The position numbers and the translations under genes were made by a program. A DNA stretch of 59,859 bases, filler included, from Sanchytrium tribonematis (taxonomy: Eukaryota): NCBI GenBank assembly GCA_018985235.1. It is 5 parts of 5 records of this genome, joined end to end, with 100 filler letters (N's around TTAATTAATTAA, not from the genome) between each part and the next. Parts side by side here need not be neighbours in the genome. Positions count along the whole stretch, not along the records: positions 36,004 to 47,885 come from JADGIG010000242.1; positions 47,986 to 59,859 come from JADGIG010000243.1; 3 more parts are not named here. One strand, 5' to 3'. The notes beneath the pieces are model-generated. The model searched no databases. It saw only the letters and a list, made by a program, of their open reading frames with translations, and was not told where the DNA came from. This document shows, in pieces, positions 44,682-55,800 of the stretch. Numbering within the stretch: the first letter of the stretch is position 1; each line of letters opens with the position of its first letter.

Positions 44682-45389
44682 TTAGATATCTTGCTGCAAC
44701 GACTTCACTATTTTTATGCTATTGCCATCGTGTAAAGCAAATCCTCTAGAAGGCATGTTGTATCGAAAACATGGATTGTAAATTTCTAAAGGATATGTGA
44801 CTTGTATAATTAGTATCAAATGAAATTTTGGGGCGATAGGATGACCTATATGCTTGAATCTCTTGACACCAATGGAGTTATCACCCATCAATTCTGTACT
44901 AAAAGGAGAATCATCTATCGGAGTAAATTGATTTGTATGAATAGATACTGCCACCAAATCACTGTCATCTGTGTACATGTCAGTACCAAATAAATTGTAA
45001 TCATAAACATTAATATTGTTAAATGATAGATATTGAGAGGGTATGAAAACTGCGAAAGTGGAGTCAATTGGCGCAAGTGGTAGCCTAAATTTTCTATCAT
45101 ATCTCAACTTCGTGACGGATGACAGATCAGGTTGAGGGATGATCGGATTAATTACAACTATTTCGCTGTACTTTGTCTTGACCGTATTCTCTTCTTCCTC
45201 CAATTTAATGGCCGCTTTCTCAACAGTCAAAAAATGGTTACCATCCTCTTCGTTTTCAAAATCTATTGCTACACCTTTCAGTAACGATGTTGAGCCATTC
45301 TGAAGTACTGTTATCTTACTCTTTGGGAATTTTTGATTTGTTAGGTTTGCAAAATCTAACGGCTCAGAATGGTCAAGCAGAATACGCAT
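44682..45389 (-). CDS. RXT3: Rxt3-like subunit of the Rpd3L deacetylase complex
   Basis: LFGTDMYTDDSDLVAVSIH and SR...HDGNSIKI motifs. Confidence 0.8.
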   Translation of the reverse strand: MRILLDHSEPLDFANLTNQKFPKSKITVLQNGSTSLLKGVAIDFENEEDGNHFLTVEKAAIKLEEEENTVKTKYSEIVVINPIIPQPDLSSVTKLRYDRKFRLPLAPIDSTFAVFIPSQYLSFNNINVYDYNLFGTDMYTDDSDLVAVSIHTNQFTPIDDSPFSTELMGDNSIGVKRFKHIGHPIAPKFHLILIIQVTYPLEIYNPCFRYNMPSRGFALHDGNSIKIVKSLQQDI

Positions 45390-45422
45390 CGGTTGACACA
45401 AAGGAGATTTATAAATTTATTT

Positions 45423-45854
45423 CTAGACTTGCTCACCAGCAATTGGCAATTGTACTGATTTCCAGTCAATTTTGATTTTTCGGGCAAATTTGATGGCTTC
45501 ATACTTGAAGTAATTTTCAACTACAAACAATATCAAGAATAAAAAATCAATCCAACCAGGTAGCTTCAGGCTGGATACTAAAAAGAACACAGACAACAAA
45601 CTAGCAAAGTCAATTGCTATGCTAATGATAGATAATTTAATGTAGGCTCTGAGAGAGTTTATCGAATTAATTTCGACAGACAAGAACCCAAGTAATAACA
45701 GAATCAAATCTTGCGAGGTTGGGACAATTTCCGCTTGCAATAAATTTGAGAGCGTGTAAAAAACCATATTAATCACTAGCAACTTTTTTAAAGCTGTCTG
45801 GAATCCTTTGACATGACTTGGATGACTAGTCAAATTTTGATTGAGTTGGAACAT
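45423..45854 (-). CDS. Small multi-pass membrane protein
   Basis: Several hydrophobic segments in 143 aa. Confidence 0.55.
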   Translation of the reverse strand: MFQLNQNLTSHPSHVKGFQTALKKLLVINMVFYTLSNLLQAEIVPTSQDLILLLLGFLSVEINSINSLRAYIKLSIISIAIDFASLLSVFFLVSSLKLPGWIDFLFLILFVVENYFKYEAIKFARKIKIDWKSVQLPIAGEQV

Positions 45855-45935
45855 TTTGGCCTACTTTTATTGCAGCGGAAACGCGAAGATACAGCAATAA
45901 ATAATTTTTGCTGATTCCAGACAATCCCCTTGACG

Positions 45936-47033
45936 ATGTTGACAATTGTTCGAAAATTTCATGACCCCAAAAAAACGGCCGAAATACTAAAAAAGCACTA
46001 CATTCAACGCACAACTGATGAAAAGAAATATCTTAGAGAATATGAGGCGAACGAATGGCTTCACAATGAGGGTAAACAATATTTTTGGGGGGATGCGCGA
46101 CGATTTTTGCCCAACAAAGATAAAAATCCTAGACAACCATTTCCTCAAAATCCGGATTTTCTAGTACAAGATCCAATTGGAGATAAGCTAAAGGAAGATA
46201 TATTCCAGCGATTTATAAATAAGTCCGATCCTCTGTCGGCTGAAAAGCTAGCAGAGGTTTACCAACTTTCTCTCGACAGAGTAAAAGCAATAATAAAGCT
46301 AAAGTGGCTCGAAAGAGGAATGAAAGAAAAGGGCATTGCATTACAAGGTCACTATCAAGCTTGTATGGACAAACTTTTAAATGCAAAGAACGACATCACT
46401 CGTGAAAACCGAGAAACTAAAATGAAATATTACAAGAAGCGAGAATTTCCCATATTCGTTCCATCAAAATCCCCAAATCCAACTCCGGAAGAAGCAGCAA
46501 GCGCTATGCATACTGACCCGTTCATCAAACAGATTCAGAAAATTAATAAGGCAGCGTCCAGACCGCTAAAAATTCCTAAATTTCTCAGTGACATGTATTG
46601 CCCGACTTCTGCAAGTCCAAACTGGAAGCCAGAAATCTCTAATACAAAGGAACTGAAAACTAATTTTACAAGCGACAAGTTAGTGAGAAGATCTATTACT
46701 AATTCAAACGTTAATGCAAAAAATCCTAGTTATTCGTACCCAGGGACACTACAGGCAGAATCTTCCCAGCCAATTTTTGAGAGCGGTAAAGCTTGGAAGC
46801 GCCAACCTCGACACCCAGTAGTTTTTGTAGATATATCAAAATCTAAAGCAGATCCTAAAATAAAATGGAATCCCATCAGTCAAATGGAACATGTAACACC
46901 TAGTCCTCAATCGGGTGCTATCATAGTAAGGGATAGCAACGGAAAGCTCAGAAGTCCAAATGCAAGTGAATTGAGGACAAGGGAGCTCTGGGGACGCAAA
47001 ATTGCTTCGCAAAAAATGTACAAGAATTTTTAA
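45936..47033 (+). CDS. MRPS35: Mitochondrial ribosomal protein mS45 (Bot1/MRPS35 family)
   Basis: QPFPQNPDF...LKEDIF...LAEVYQLSLDRVKAIIKLKWLE. Confidence 0.8.
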   Translation: MLTIVRKFHDPKKTAEILKKHYIQRTTDEKKYLREYEANEWLHNEGKQYFWGDARRFLPNKDKNPRQPFPQNPDFLVQDPIGDKLKEDIFQRFINKSDPLSAEKLAEVYQLSLDRVKAIIKLKWLERGMKEKGIALQGHYQACMDKLLNAKNDITRENRETKMKYYKKREFPIFVPSKSPNPTPEEAASAMHTDPFIKQIQKINKAASRPLKIPKFLSDMYCPTSASPNWKPEISNTKELKTNFTSDKLVRRSITNSNVNAKNPSYSYPGTLQAESSQPIFESGKAWKRQPRHPVVFVDISKSKADPKIKWNPISQMEHVTPSPQSGAIIVRDSNGKLRSPNASELRTRELWGRKIASQKMYKNF

Positions 47034-47055
47034 ATAAATATTTGGGGCGAAACAA

Positions 47056-47885
47056 ATGGAACGTGAAAACACAAATACCTACACTACAACAATCGGAAAA
47101 TACAATATACCCTTTCCATATAAACCATATAATATCCAGGAAGATTTTATGCGAAAGATTTTAGACTCCCTAGAAAAAGAACAAAACTGTCTCTTAGAGA
47201 GCCCTACTGGTAGTGGGAAAACCTTGTCTCTTTTGGCTCCGGTACTCGCTTATATCAGTACCCTGAACGTCAAACCGACCGTCTATTTTACATCCAGAAC
47301 GCACTCACAACTAAAACAAGCCATCGAACAATTGCGACTATTAACAACATTAAACGCTACCACACTAGCATCAAGAGGGCACCTTTGCTTGAATAAAAGT
47401 GTCAAGGATCTACCTTCGGGCCTAGCCAGCATTAAGTGTAAAACAAAAACGAATTATAAGAGTAAAGATTCTTGTCTATATTATGAAGGATTTAAAAGAC
47501 AGCAAAAAGTTGTCAAAAACCTCAAGTTAGCAGATATAGAGGATCTAACCAGCTATGGTAGAAAAACGAATATTTGCCCATATTTCATGGCAAGAGCTTT
47601 AGTAAGTCAAGTGGACTTCGTTTTTTTACCCTACAATTATTTATTTGATGGGACCAAAGGTGATCATTTTTTGGTAAATGTCAACCTAGAGAGTGGCCAA
47701 ATAGATGTTTCTAAAACCGAAAATGAAGCCATTTTGCAAAGTAAGAAAAGAAATGGCGCAATAGTCATCTTTGACGAAGCTCACAATTTAGAGAGTGTAG
47801 CTTTAAGTAGTACGTCATTTGAACTTAATATGCAAGACTTAGAGCATATGGATGGGGAGGTAAAATTGTGTATATCGCTTTGTGA
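47056..47885 (+). CDS. XPD-family Fe-S DEAH helicase (FANCJ/RTEL1-like), 3' truncated
   Basis: FPYKPYNIQ, LESPTGSGKTLSLL, SRTHSQLKQ, SRGHLCLN, CPYF, PYNYL, IFDEAHNLE. Confidence 0.88.
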
Positions 47886-47985
47886 NNNNNNNNNNNNNNN
47901 NNNNNNNNNNNNNNNNNNNNNNNNNNNNNTTAATTAATTAANNNNNNNNNNNNNNNNNNNNNNNNNNNNNNNNNNNNNNNNNNNN
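47886..47985. other. Artificial contig linker
   Basis: N/TTAATTAATTAA/N, 100 nt. Confidence 0.98.
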
Positions 47986-50125
47986 TGCTACTTTGATAAA
48001 TGCTTGGTACCGTGGCAAGGCTGAACAGTCATTTTTTCAGCTTCACAAATCTTCAATTATATTAGCTGCTTATCTGCGAGGCGAAAATGCACGTCAAGAA
48101 TTTGCTCACATGAAATTAATGGCAAAATTTAATGCTGCAGTCAAGGGCTTTTTTGTCAGGAAAGACGCCAACACTCAAAAAATTATCACTAGGTTTAATG
48201 CTCGAATCAGAGGACTTGTCGTCAAAAAATCTTGCTCCGATGCAATATTTGTAACAAAATTTAATTCAATTGTCAAAAAAGTGCTTATTTATAGAAACTT
48301 TTATATAGGTAGACTATCGTCCCAACTTGGAACTAGAATACGTGGCTTATTGTTAAGGAAACAATTTAAAAAGTATCTTTTAATTTCCAACTTAAGTAAT
48401 TCTTTTCATAATTGTGTAGAAAAAAGATTGACTCGTGTGAATGAATTTGCAATATTATTGAATAGATATTATCGCGGATTTAAGGCTAGAAGAAGACATG
48501 ACTCTTTAGCAGATCATTCTAAAACAGTCACAAAATTTAATTCAAGATATAGAGGATTAAAAGTAAAGCGAGCATTTCACTTGGTTCAGCTTAGCACTAA
48601 GTTGAATGCGTATTTAAAAGCCAAACATGTAAAAAACAATTTTGAAAAGCATCGATTTATCACAAAACTCAACTCTACTTTTAGAGGCCATCAACAAAGG
48701 AAAATATTTAAAACAAATCAATTATTTGCCCGCTTTAATGCCATAATTAGAAAACATTTTGTTAAGATTTGGTTTGGAAAAAACAAATTTGTCACTCGAT
48801 TCAATGCAACTTTTAGGTCTAAAAAAGAACAAAAGTTGGTGAAATTGCATGCATTGTCTACCAATTTTAATGCTGTTGTTAAAGGTCATAAACTACGAGA
48901 GTCGTTTAAAATTGAATTTGACAAAATTCAACTGTGCACAAAGTTTAATACCATGTTCAGAGCCAAAATGATTAAAAAAGAATTTAAATTGGTGCAATTA
49001 TCTACAAGATTCAATGCGACATTCAAAGCATTTCAGATTCGAAAAATATTTTTTAGAAACCACCTGGTCACCTTATTCAACGCCAATATACGTCGCAAGA
49101 TAGTTAGACATGATTTCAAATTAAATTTGCTATCTACAAAGTTTAATACCGTATATCGGGGTTATTTTAGAAGAAAACAACATTTTGAATTGCTTAATTG
49201 CATCTCAACTAGTAGCACGTGTATCACATCTTGTTTTAGGGCACATATTGTACGAATTTCATTTGTATATCTAAAAACTACAATCACCCATATCCAAAGA
49301 CAAATTAGGCAGCATTTACATATCAAAGAATTAAGCAAGAAATATTTAGCAAGCGCGCTGACATTGCAAGCATTTGCACGTGGGTATTTAACCCGCAAAT
49401 GGGCTTACAAAAAATATCCTCAATTGAAAAGGATTCGAATGAATCTGGCAAAAATTCAGGCACATCCAAATCACACTATTGGAAATAGATTGAAGCGTGC
49501 TCTTCATATACTTAAAAATAATCAAATTATAGCAGATTTATTGGAGGCTACAAACGAGTTAGTTCATCTGACAAAATACTCTGATATTTGTGCGCTTTTG
49601 ATTCATAAAAATGGGATTCAGATGCTTACTGGAAGATTTGAGGGACTAAATAGGAGTGAACCACATATTTTGTATCGAATTGGTTTGCTTAATTGCATCA
49701 GAAATATTTCAAAATACACTCACTATTTAAAACATGTCAAGGATGCTATTGATCCATGTGTTGATATTTTAAAGAAATTCAAGCACCCTACCTTAGTCGG
49801 GTTGGCTAGTCAGGTGCTTTATCTTGCTAGCATGTATACTGGTCATTCTAAAAAGTTTAAAGTCCTCAAAAATGATATTGAGCAAAGTATTGCAAGATTG
49901 GAAAAAGGAAGCATCTTACACACTCATGCGCCAGTGACTTTGTTTGTGAGTCAAATCAGCGTGCACGAAAAGTACAAATGCGTCGGCCAAGACGGCTTCA
50001 TCGGGATTAGAAGAGGAAGTCGAATTGGATTGAGGAAGAAAGAGAAAAGTGTTTGGTTTGATGATGAAATTGGAATTTCTGGAAGTATTGTGATTTTAAA
50101 ATCACTAATAATGAATTTAAAGTAA
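47986..50125 (+). CDS. ASPM: ASPM/abnormal-spindle-like protein, C-terminal part (IQ-like repeats + ARM-like tail)
   Basis: Tandem IQ-like repeats, canonical LQAFARGYLTRK, then IGNRLKRALHIL...LNRSEPH tail. Confidence 0.75.
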
Positions 50126-50144
50126 ATATGTTGATATTCATTTA

Positions 50145-50630
50145 CTAGCAATTAGCTGCGGCTGCTTTGGTATTCATGATCAAAGCGACAATTAAGCCAT
50201 AAAGACCCAACACTTCAGCGAAAATCAATATCAAGACCATACCAACAAACAATCTAGGCTGTTGAGCAGACCCTCTAACACCTGCATCTCCAACAATTCC
50301 GATAGCGAATCCAGCAGCCAGTCCACTAAGACCAACAGCAAGTCCAGCACCTAATTGAATAAATGCATTGCTTAAAGGCATGTTTTGTTCCATTTTACCA
50401 CTAATAAGTACACTGACAACGACACCGTACACAGCTAAAATACCAGCCATAATGACAGGGACGACACTTTTCATGATGAGTTCTGGTCTCATTACTCCCA
50501 TCGCACTGATACCAACACCGCTCTTTGCTGTTCCGTATGCAGCACCAAAACAACTGAAAATGGTGGCTGAAGCACATCCCATTGCAGAAAAGAATGGAGC
50601 GTAAACTGGGCAATTATCTGATGGAGCCAT
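50145..50630 (-). CDS. VMA3: V-ATPase proteolipid subunit c
   Basis: [34 protein letters not shown]. Confidence 0.95.
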   Translation of the reverse strand: MAPSDNCPVYAPFFSAMGCASATIFSCFGAAYGTAKSGVGISAMGVMRPELIMKSVVPVIMAGILAVYGVVVSVLISGKMEQNMPLSNAFIQLGAGLAVGLSGLAAGFAIGIVGDAGVRGSAQQPRLFVGMVLILIFAEVLGLYGLIVALIMNTKAAAANC

Positions 50631-50705
50631 AGTAACAAGGAGTTGATGTTTTAATTTTTGCAATTTATTTTTGAAACTGGCAAATAATATCTTGCAGAAT
50701 TTAAT

Positions 50706-51554
50706 TTATTCTTGATGAATACATTGAAGTGATGGAAACTTGTTCAAGTATTGCTCGATTTCCTCTTTAGAAAGAGATTTTTGTCTACAGTACCCAGTCG
50801 GAAAAGGGTGCCATTGTAAGCCTCGAATGATTGTAAGCCGTTCTAAGACTGGACAGCTATGAAATATATTCCAAATTCCCGCGTTGCATATGGATGATCC
50901 TGTAATTTTGATAGATTTTAGCGTGCTTGGTAAATTCTTGAGAAATGAAGGGCGAATTTTACCTAATCTTTCACTGTGGAAAGTGATTAAATGCTTCGGA
51001 AGGTGCTGTAAAATACATGCAGTCGCTTTTTGTGATGAAATGTTCAAGTGTAGCACTCCAGTATCCTCAAATTGTCTCACACCATAATCAGAAATAAAAT
51101 TGCACTCAAATAATTCTATTTTTTGAAGACTTTTACAATTTTGAGAAATGAGATACAAGCACGTATCTGAGACATCTGTGCGTGATAAATTTATGACTTT
51201 TAATGTAGGGCACCTTTTCGTGATAATGTGAAAATAATTTCGAGGTAAATGCATGTCCCTCAAATCCAATTCACTCAGTACACGCAATTGACGAGACAAT
51301 TTTAACAAAAACTCGATATTTTGAAATCTCGTACCTGTAGGGATATATAATCTTTTGATATATCGCGACACCCTGTCCAAATTTTCCCTTAAAATTTCGT
51401 AGTCACGTCGCTTTGTTAAAACTGTATTTCTGTAAAGAATTCTTTCACTTGACTCAAATATTCTTGAGTTTAATGTCATGAGACTCAAAAGGTCATTTCT
51501 ATCTAAGAAACTAAAGATTTTTTCAAGTATGAATTCATCTAGTTTATCCAACAT
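50706..51554 (-). CDS. F-box/LRR protein
   Basis: LDKLDEFILEKIFSFLD F-box; CPTLKVINLS, CKSLQKIELFECNFISDYG LRRs. Confidence 0.85.
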   Translation of the reverse strand: MLDKLDEFILEKIFSFLDRNDLLSLMTLNSRIFESSERILYRNTVLTKRRDYEILRENLDRVSRYIKRLYIPTGTRFQNIEFLLKLSRQLRVLSELDLRDMHLPRNYFHIITKRCPTLKVINLSRTDVSDTCLYLISQNCKSLQKIELFECNFISDYGVRQFEDTGVLHLNISSQKATACILQHLPKHLITFHSERLGKIRPSFLKNLPSTLKSIKITGSSICNAGIWNIFHSCPVLERLTIIRGLQWHPFPTGYCRQKSLSKEEIEQYLNKFPSLQCIHQE

Positions 51555-51865
51555 TTCAAGCCACAAATATATACCAAATTTATTATAATCAACTTTCGAT
51601 TCTCTGCATCTTCATTCTATGTATAGCTATTAGCATTCTAAATATATTTAATCCGAGTGGATTAGGGATGAGTGGAAAGTGGTGTTGGACCAAACCCCAT
51701 TTTTTAATATTCTTTTTGAAGGTGTTGTTTTGAATTGTTAATCCTTTCGAAAATAGAGTTTCTTGAGATGGGATTTATACATGGTGCTTGTGCTCAAATC
51801 GTTCATACTTACTTTTTTAGGTAAAATTTCAATTTGCCTTTCATAGCCTATTTTATTCTTTGAGC
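51552..51865 (-). pseudogene. Decayed duplicate of the 3' end of the PACT-domain gene (copy of 52784-53126)
   Basis: Near-identical start CATTTCAAGCCACAAATATATACCAAATTTATTATAATCAA, then similarity with indels. Confidence 0.85.
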
Positions 51866-51877
51866 TACTAAAGGCTT

Positions 51878-52061
51878 TATCTCGACACCCTGTCCAAATT
51901 TTCCCTTAAAATTTCAGACGTGCGTCGCTTTGTCAAACCTGTATTTCTGTAAAAGATTCTCTCACCTGACTCAAATATTCTTGAGTTTTAAGTCATGAGG
52001 ATCAACAGGTAACTTTATCTAAAAACCTAAGTTTTTTTAAGTAATAATTCATCTAGTTTAT
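51878..52061 (-). pseudogene. Decayed duplicate of the 5' part of the F-box gene (copy of 51361-51547)
   Basis: Shared CGACACCCTGTCCAAATTTTCCCTTAAAATTTC...GACTCAAATATTCTTGAGTTT. Confidence 0.85.
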
Positions 52062-52348
52062 ATAAAAACTGTAACTAAGTCGAAAATTTCATTTTGAGAT
52101 ATTTCAACTTCAAATGTAAAAAGTAGACTAAGTATTTCATTCGTAATACAAACCGATGCCAATCATGTTCTTAACCTAAGCAAATAAAAGTATGAGATAA
52201 AAAGGAATATGATTACGATACCATTGAAGGTGAAATGATAAATTGTTTTATTAAAATAAAGACAAACATCAACTCGATTTGAAGGAAAAATATACTATTG
52301 TCGACGGGTAGATAGTCTTATGAATATCATGGATTTCATTTTTCTGAC

Positions 52349-52726
52349 ATGCAATCACGAGGAACAATTTCTTTCACAAATGAAAATTGCTATGAGTATG
52401 AATTTCCTACCTACATCATTAAAGTAGGCCGAGTTAATGCTGACATTGTAAGGGTTTCATTTCAAAATCTACAAAGAATTGATATTCCAGTACCACCTCA
52501 AACTTTTCACCATGATTTACAAACTGGTGATATAAACAATGATTTCAATGGCAGCTTTTTTGTCACATGGAACGGTCGTCACGAAATTATCACAAACGGT
52601 GTTGCTCTTATCCGGTTTAACAATCAACGCCAAGTGAGTGTTATGAGCATCTGTGAACATTGGGCTGTGCGTGATGTAGTTGGACGTATTGTTCGCCAAG
52701 ATGGACAAGAATTGCTGCCAATTTAA
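52349..52726 (+). CDS. Hypothetical 125-aa protein inside a 722-bp insertion
   Basis: Intact ATG-TAA ORF with globular, beta-strand-like composition. Confidence 0.55.
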   Translation: MQSRGTISFTNENCYEYEFPTYIIKVGRVNADIVRVSFQNLQRIDIPVPPQTFHHDLQTGDINNDFNGSFFVTWNGRHEIITNGVALIRFNNQRQVSVMSICEHWAVRDVVGRIVRQDGQELLPI

Positions 52727-52820
52727 AAGATTCTATACTTGTCGTCCAGGCAAATGAAATTGATGTTTTTTAATACGTTGTCCCATTTCAAGCCACAAAT
52801 ATATACCAAATTTATTATAA

Positions 52821-55800
52821 TCAAGTTTCGATTCTCTTCATCTTCATTCTATGTATAGCTATTAGCATCCACGCAGCCATTCTAAATTTATTTAATCTGA
52901 TTGGATAAGGGCTGAGTGGAAGGTGGTGCTGGACCAAACCCCATTTTTTAAGCAATATTTGATATTCCCTTTGAAGGTATTGTTTTTGATATTGTAAATC
53001 CTTGCGAAAATAGAGTTCCTTAAGATATTGGGATTTATATTTGGTACTTTTGCTCAAATCGTTCATATTGACTTTTTTGAGTAAAATTGCAATTTGCCTT
53101 TCATAGTCCCTATTTTGGTCTTTGAGTTGATGATAATGTCTCAATTCCTGCTCCAACTTCAATTTTTCCAGTTTAATAAGGGAGTTTTCATTAATAATCG
53201 CGTCTTGGTGATTTTTAAATTCAATCAAAACCTCTGATATTTCCCGTTTTTCTTTTTCAAGTATGGTAATCGTTTGTTCCGCATCAAAGAAATCATCAAG
53301 CCTACTCTGAAGTGTCTGAATATGGACTTTGTGCTGACTTATTTCCAGCATTTGTTGAGAAATGACATTTTCAAGTGATTTCACATGTTTGTCCAAATCA
53401 TATGTTTTTTGGGCTTGTTCTGGTGATTGAGGATCTAAAGATTCTTTTGAACTGATCGGGGTTTTAACTTGTTCTAGTTTTTCCATAAATTCGCTCAATT
53501 GTTGGTTCTTATTCACCAAACAGCCTTTTATTTCATCCAATCTTTGTAAAATATTTGGATCTTCTTGTAGTAAGATACTATCAAGATTATTCATATAAAT
53601 CTCATCTTCTTTGACAACAGTTGATATAATGTTTCTAATAATGGAAATGGAGTCTGAAGTAAATTCTTTCAGATTATCCAAACTCGGTGCTTCAGTCATT
53701 GTTGGTTCTTCTTCCAATTCTTCACGATCTTGTTCCAAATTCACAACATCATTTTCAATATTTGCAATTATATGCAATAAATCGTCTCGTTTCTGCTTTT
53801 CCCGTTGTAAATCTTGCATCAATTCTTGATATTCCATATTGATTTGATTCAATTCGGCTCGAATTTTTTTCTTTTTTAGTAAAATATCATCGTAATCAGA
53901 TTGCAATGCAACCATGCGTGTTTGCTCAGTCGATATTTCAGTTTCCAGCTTGTCTGCTTTAGATTCCATTAATGAAACTTGAGCACCACAAAGCTTTAAA
54001 TTTTCCTGTAACTTGTCTATCATTTCTTGGTAATCGTCATTGTCTTGTTGCAATTCTTCATATTTTTTAGCCAAATCTATCCGCAATGAGCCTAGTTCTG
54101 ATAAAATCATTTGAGCAACATTTTTCATATCAGACACTTGATAGATTTTTTGGTTTGAGTATTGAGAAATCAGTTCCTGCCATTTGATGAGTTCTTGCTC
54201 CAGTTCAAATTCAGTAGCGGAAACGGTCTCTTTTGTGTTACTTAAATTTGCAGCCAGTTCTTCATTTTTCTCTGAGATATGGATTGTTTCTTGTTCCAAC
54301 TGAATTTTCTGAGATTTGACTTCATTCAGTGTTTGTAATACTTTTTGCAAGTCTAAAACCAAACCATGTTCAGATTTGTAGCCATTTTCCAAGGAAATAT
54401 CAATCAGATTTGGATATTCAATTTTCAACTCTTCAATCTCATTACTGATGCTTTTGAAATCACTTTCCAACTGTAATTGCATTTCTCTGAGGGTCGCATT
54501 TAAATTTTCTTGCATTTTTTCAGTTCTTAGCTGTTCTTGTGCCAATGTTTCATTTTCATTTATCATGCCTTCAATTTCATTTGTCAAATTTTCTTGCTGT
54601 AATTGTAATTCCTCAGATTCGGCTTGCAAGGATTGTATTACACTTTTCTGATTTTGTATATCTTCAGTCAAATTAAATACTTCATCGTCCAATCGAACCA
54701 AATTAATTTGAGCAGATTCGAGTGTCGATTCATTCTCAACAATACCACGCTTGACAAGTTCTATTTGAGATACGATATCTTTGTTTTTGTTATTCAGAAA
54801 TTGCATTAGATCCGTGTTTGTTTTTAAAGTCTTTTCAATCTGTAATCTTTCTTGAACATCTTTCTCGATTTGAGAAATGTCTATTACTGGAATAGTGTAA
54901 TCTATGCTTCGAAGTTTATCAATCATTTCACCAATAATCATGGATGAACTCGACTGCTGAATTTTTGGACCAGAATACTCGATGTTGAGCTCCGGAATTT
55001 TGGAAATATCCGGTATTTTAAGACTTTTAATTTCTTTCGGGATGTATTTTTCAAGTTTTGGTATATTTTTAAACGTCGGGTTTGCGACAAATTTTAATAC
55101 GTTGTAGACTTTTAATAAATGACTGTCCAGTTTATATTTGTGTATTTGGTCGATGACCATATCGTATTCTTGTTTGATAGTTTTTAATTTGATAAGACCT
55201 TCTTGCTTGGCTTCTAAAATTTCTTTTTGTTTGTTTGTAATATTTTGAACCAAAGATTTGTGTTCGGCATCCAGATCAAAATACTTGGCAGAACTTTCGT
55301 CGTACTGTTCTTGAGTAATTTGTGCATTTAGAGCCACTAATTTTTTGTTTTTCTCAGCTAATTTGGATTGTAATTTAGAAATTTCCTTATCAACAGACTC
55401 CTGCTTAAGCATTAGTTCCGACAAATTTTGATTTGCGTTTTCTTGAATGGTATTAGTAAATTCAACTTTTTGGTTCAGTTTAATTTCCAAATCTTTAATT
55501 GTAGTTTCCGCGGAGTTCACTTCGGATGTAACAGCTTCTAATTTTGTTACTTTTGAGTGCAATTCTTCTTCGAGGTATACCAACCTATTCTTAGCAATAT
55601 CTAGTTGAGTTTCAGTTTCCTCAATATTTTTCATTATTGTCCCCAATTGAGTATCCAGATCTGACTTTTCCTCTTCGGCTAGATTTATTTGTTCATTAAG
55701 GCTATCTAATTGTAATTTTAATTGATCAGAAAAGTCTTTGGCCGTTGATATAGAATCATTGAGGTGACTCTCATTATCATCTAATAATCGGGTAGAGAGC

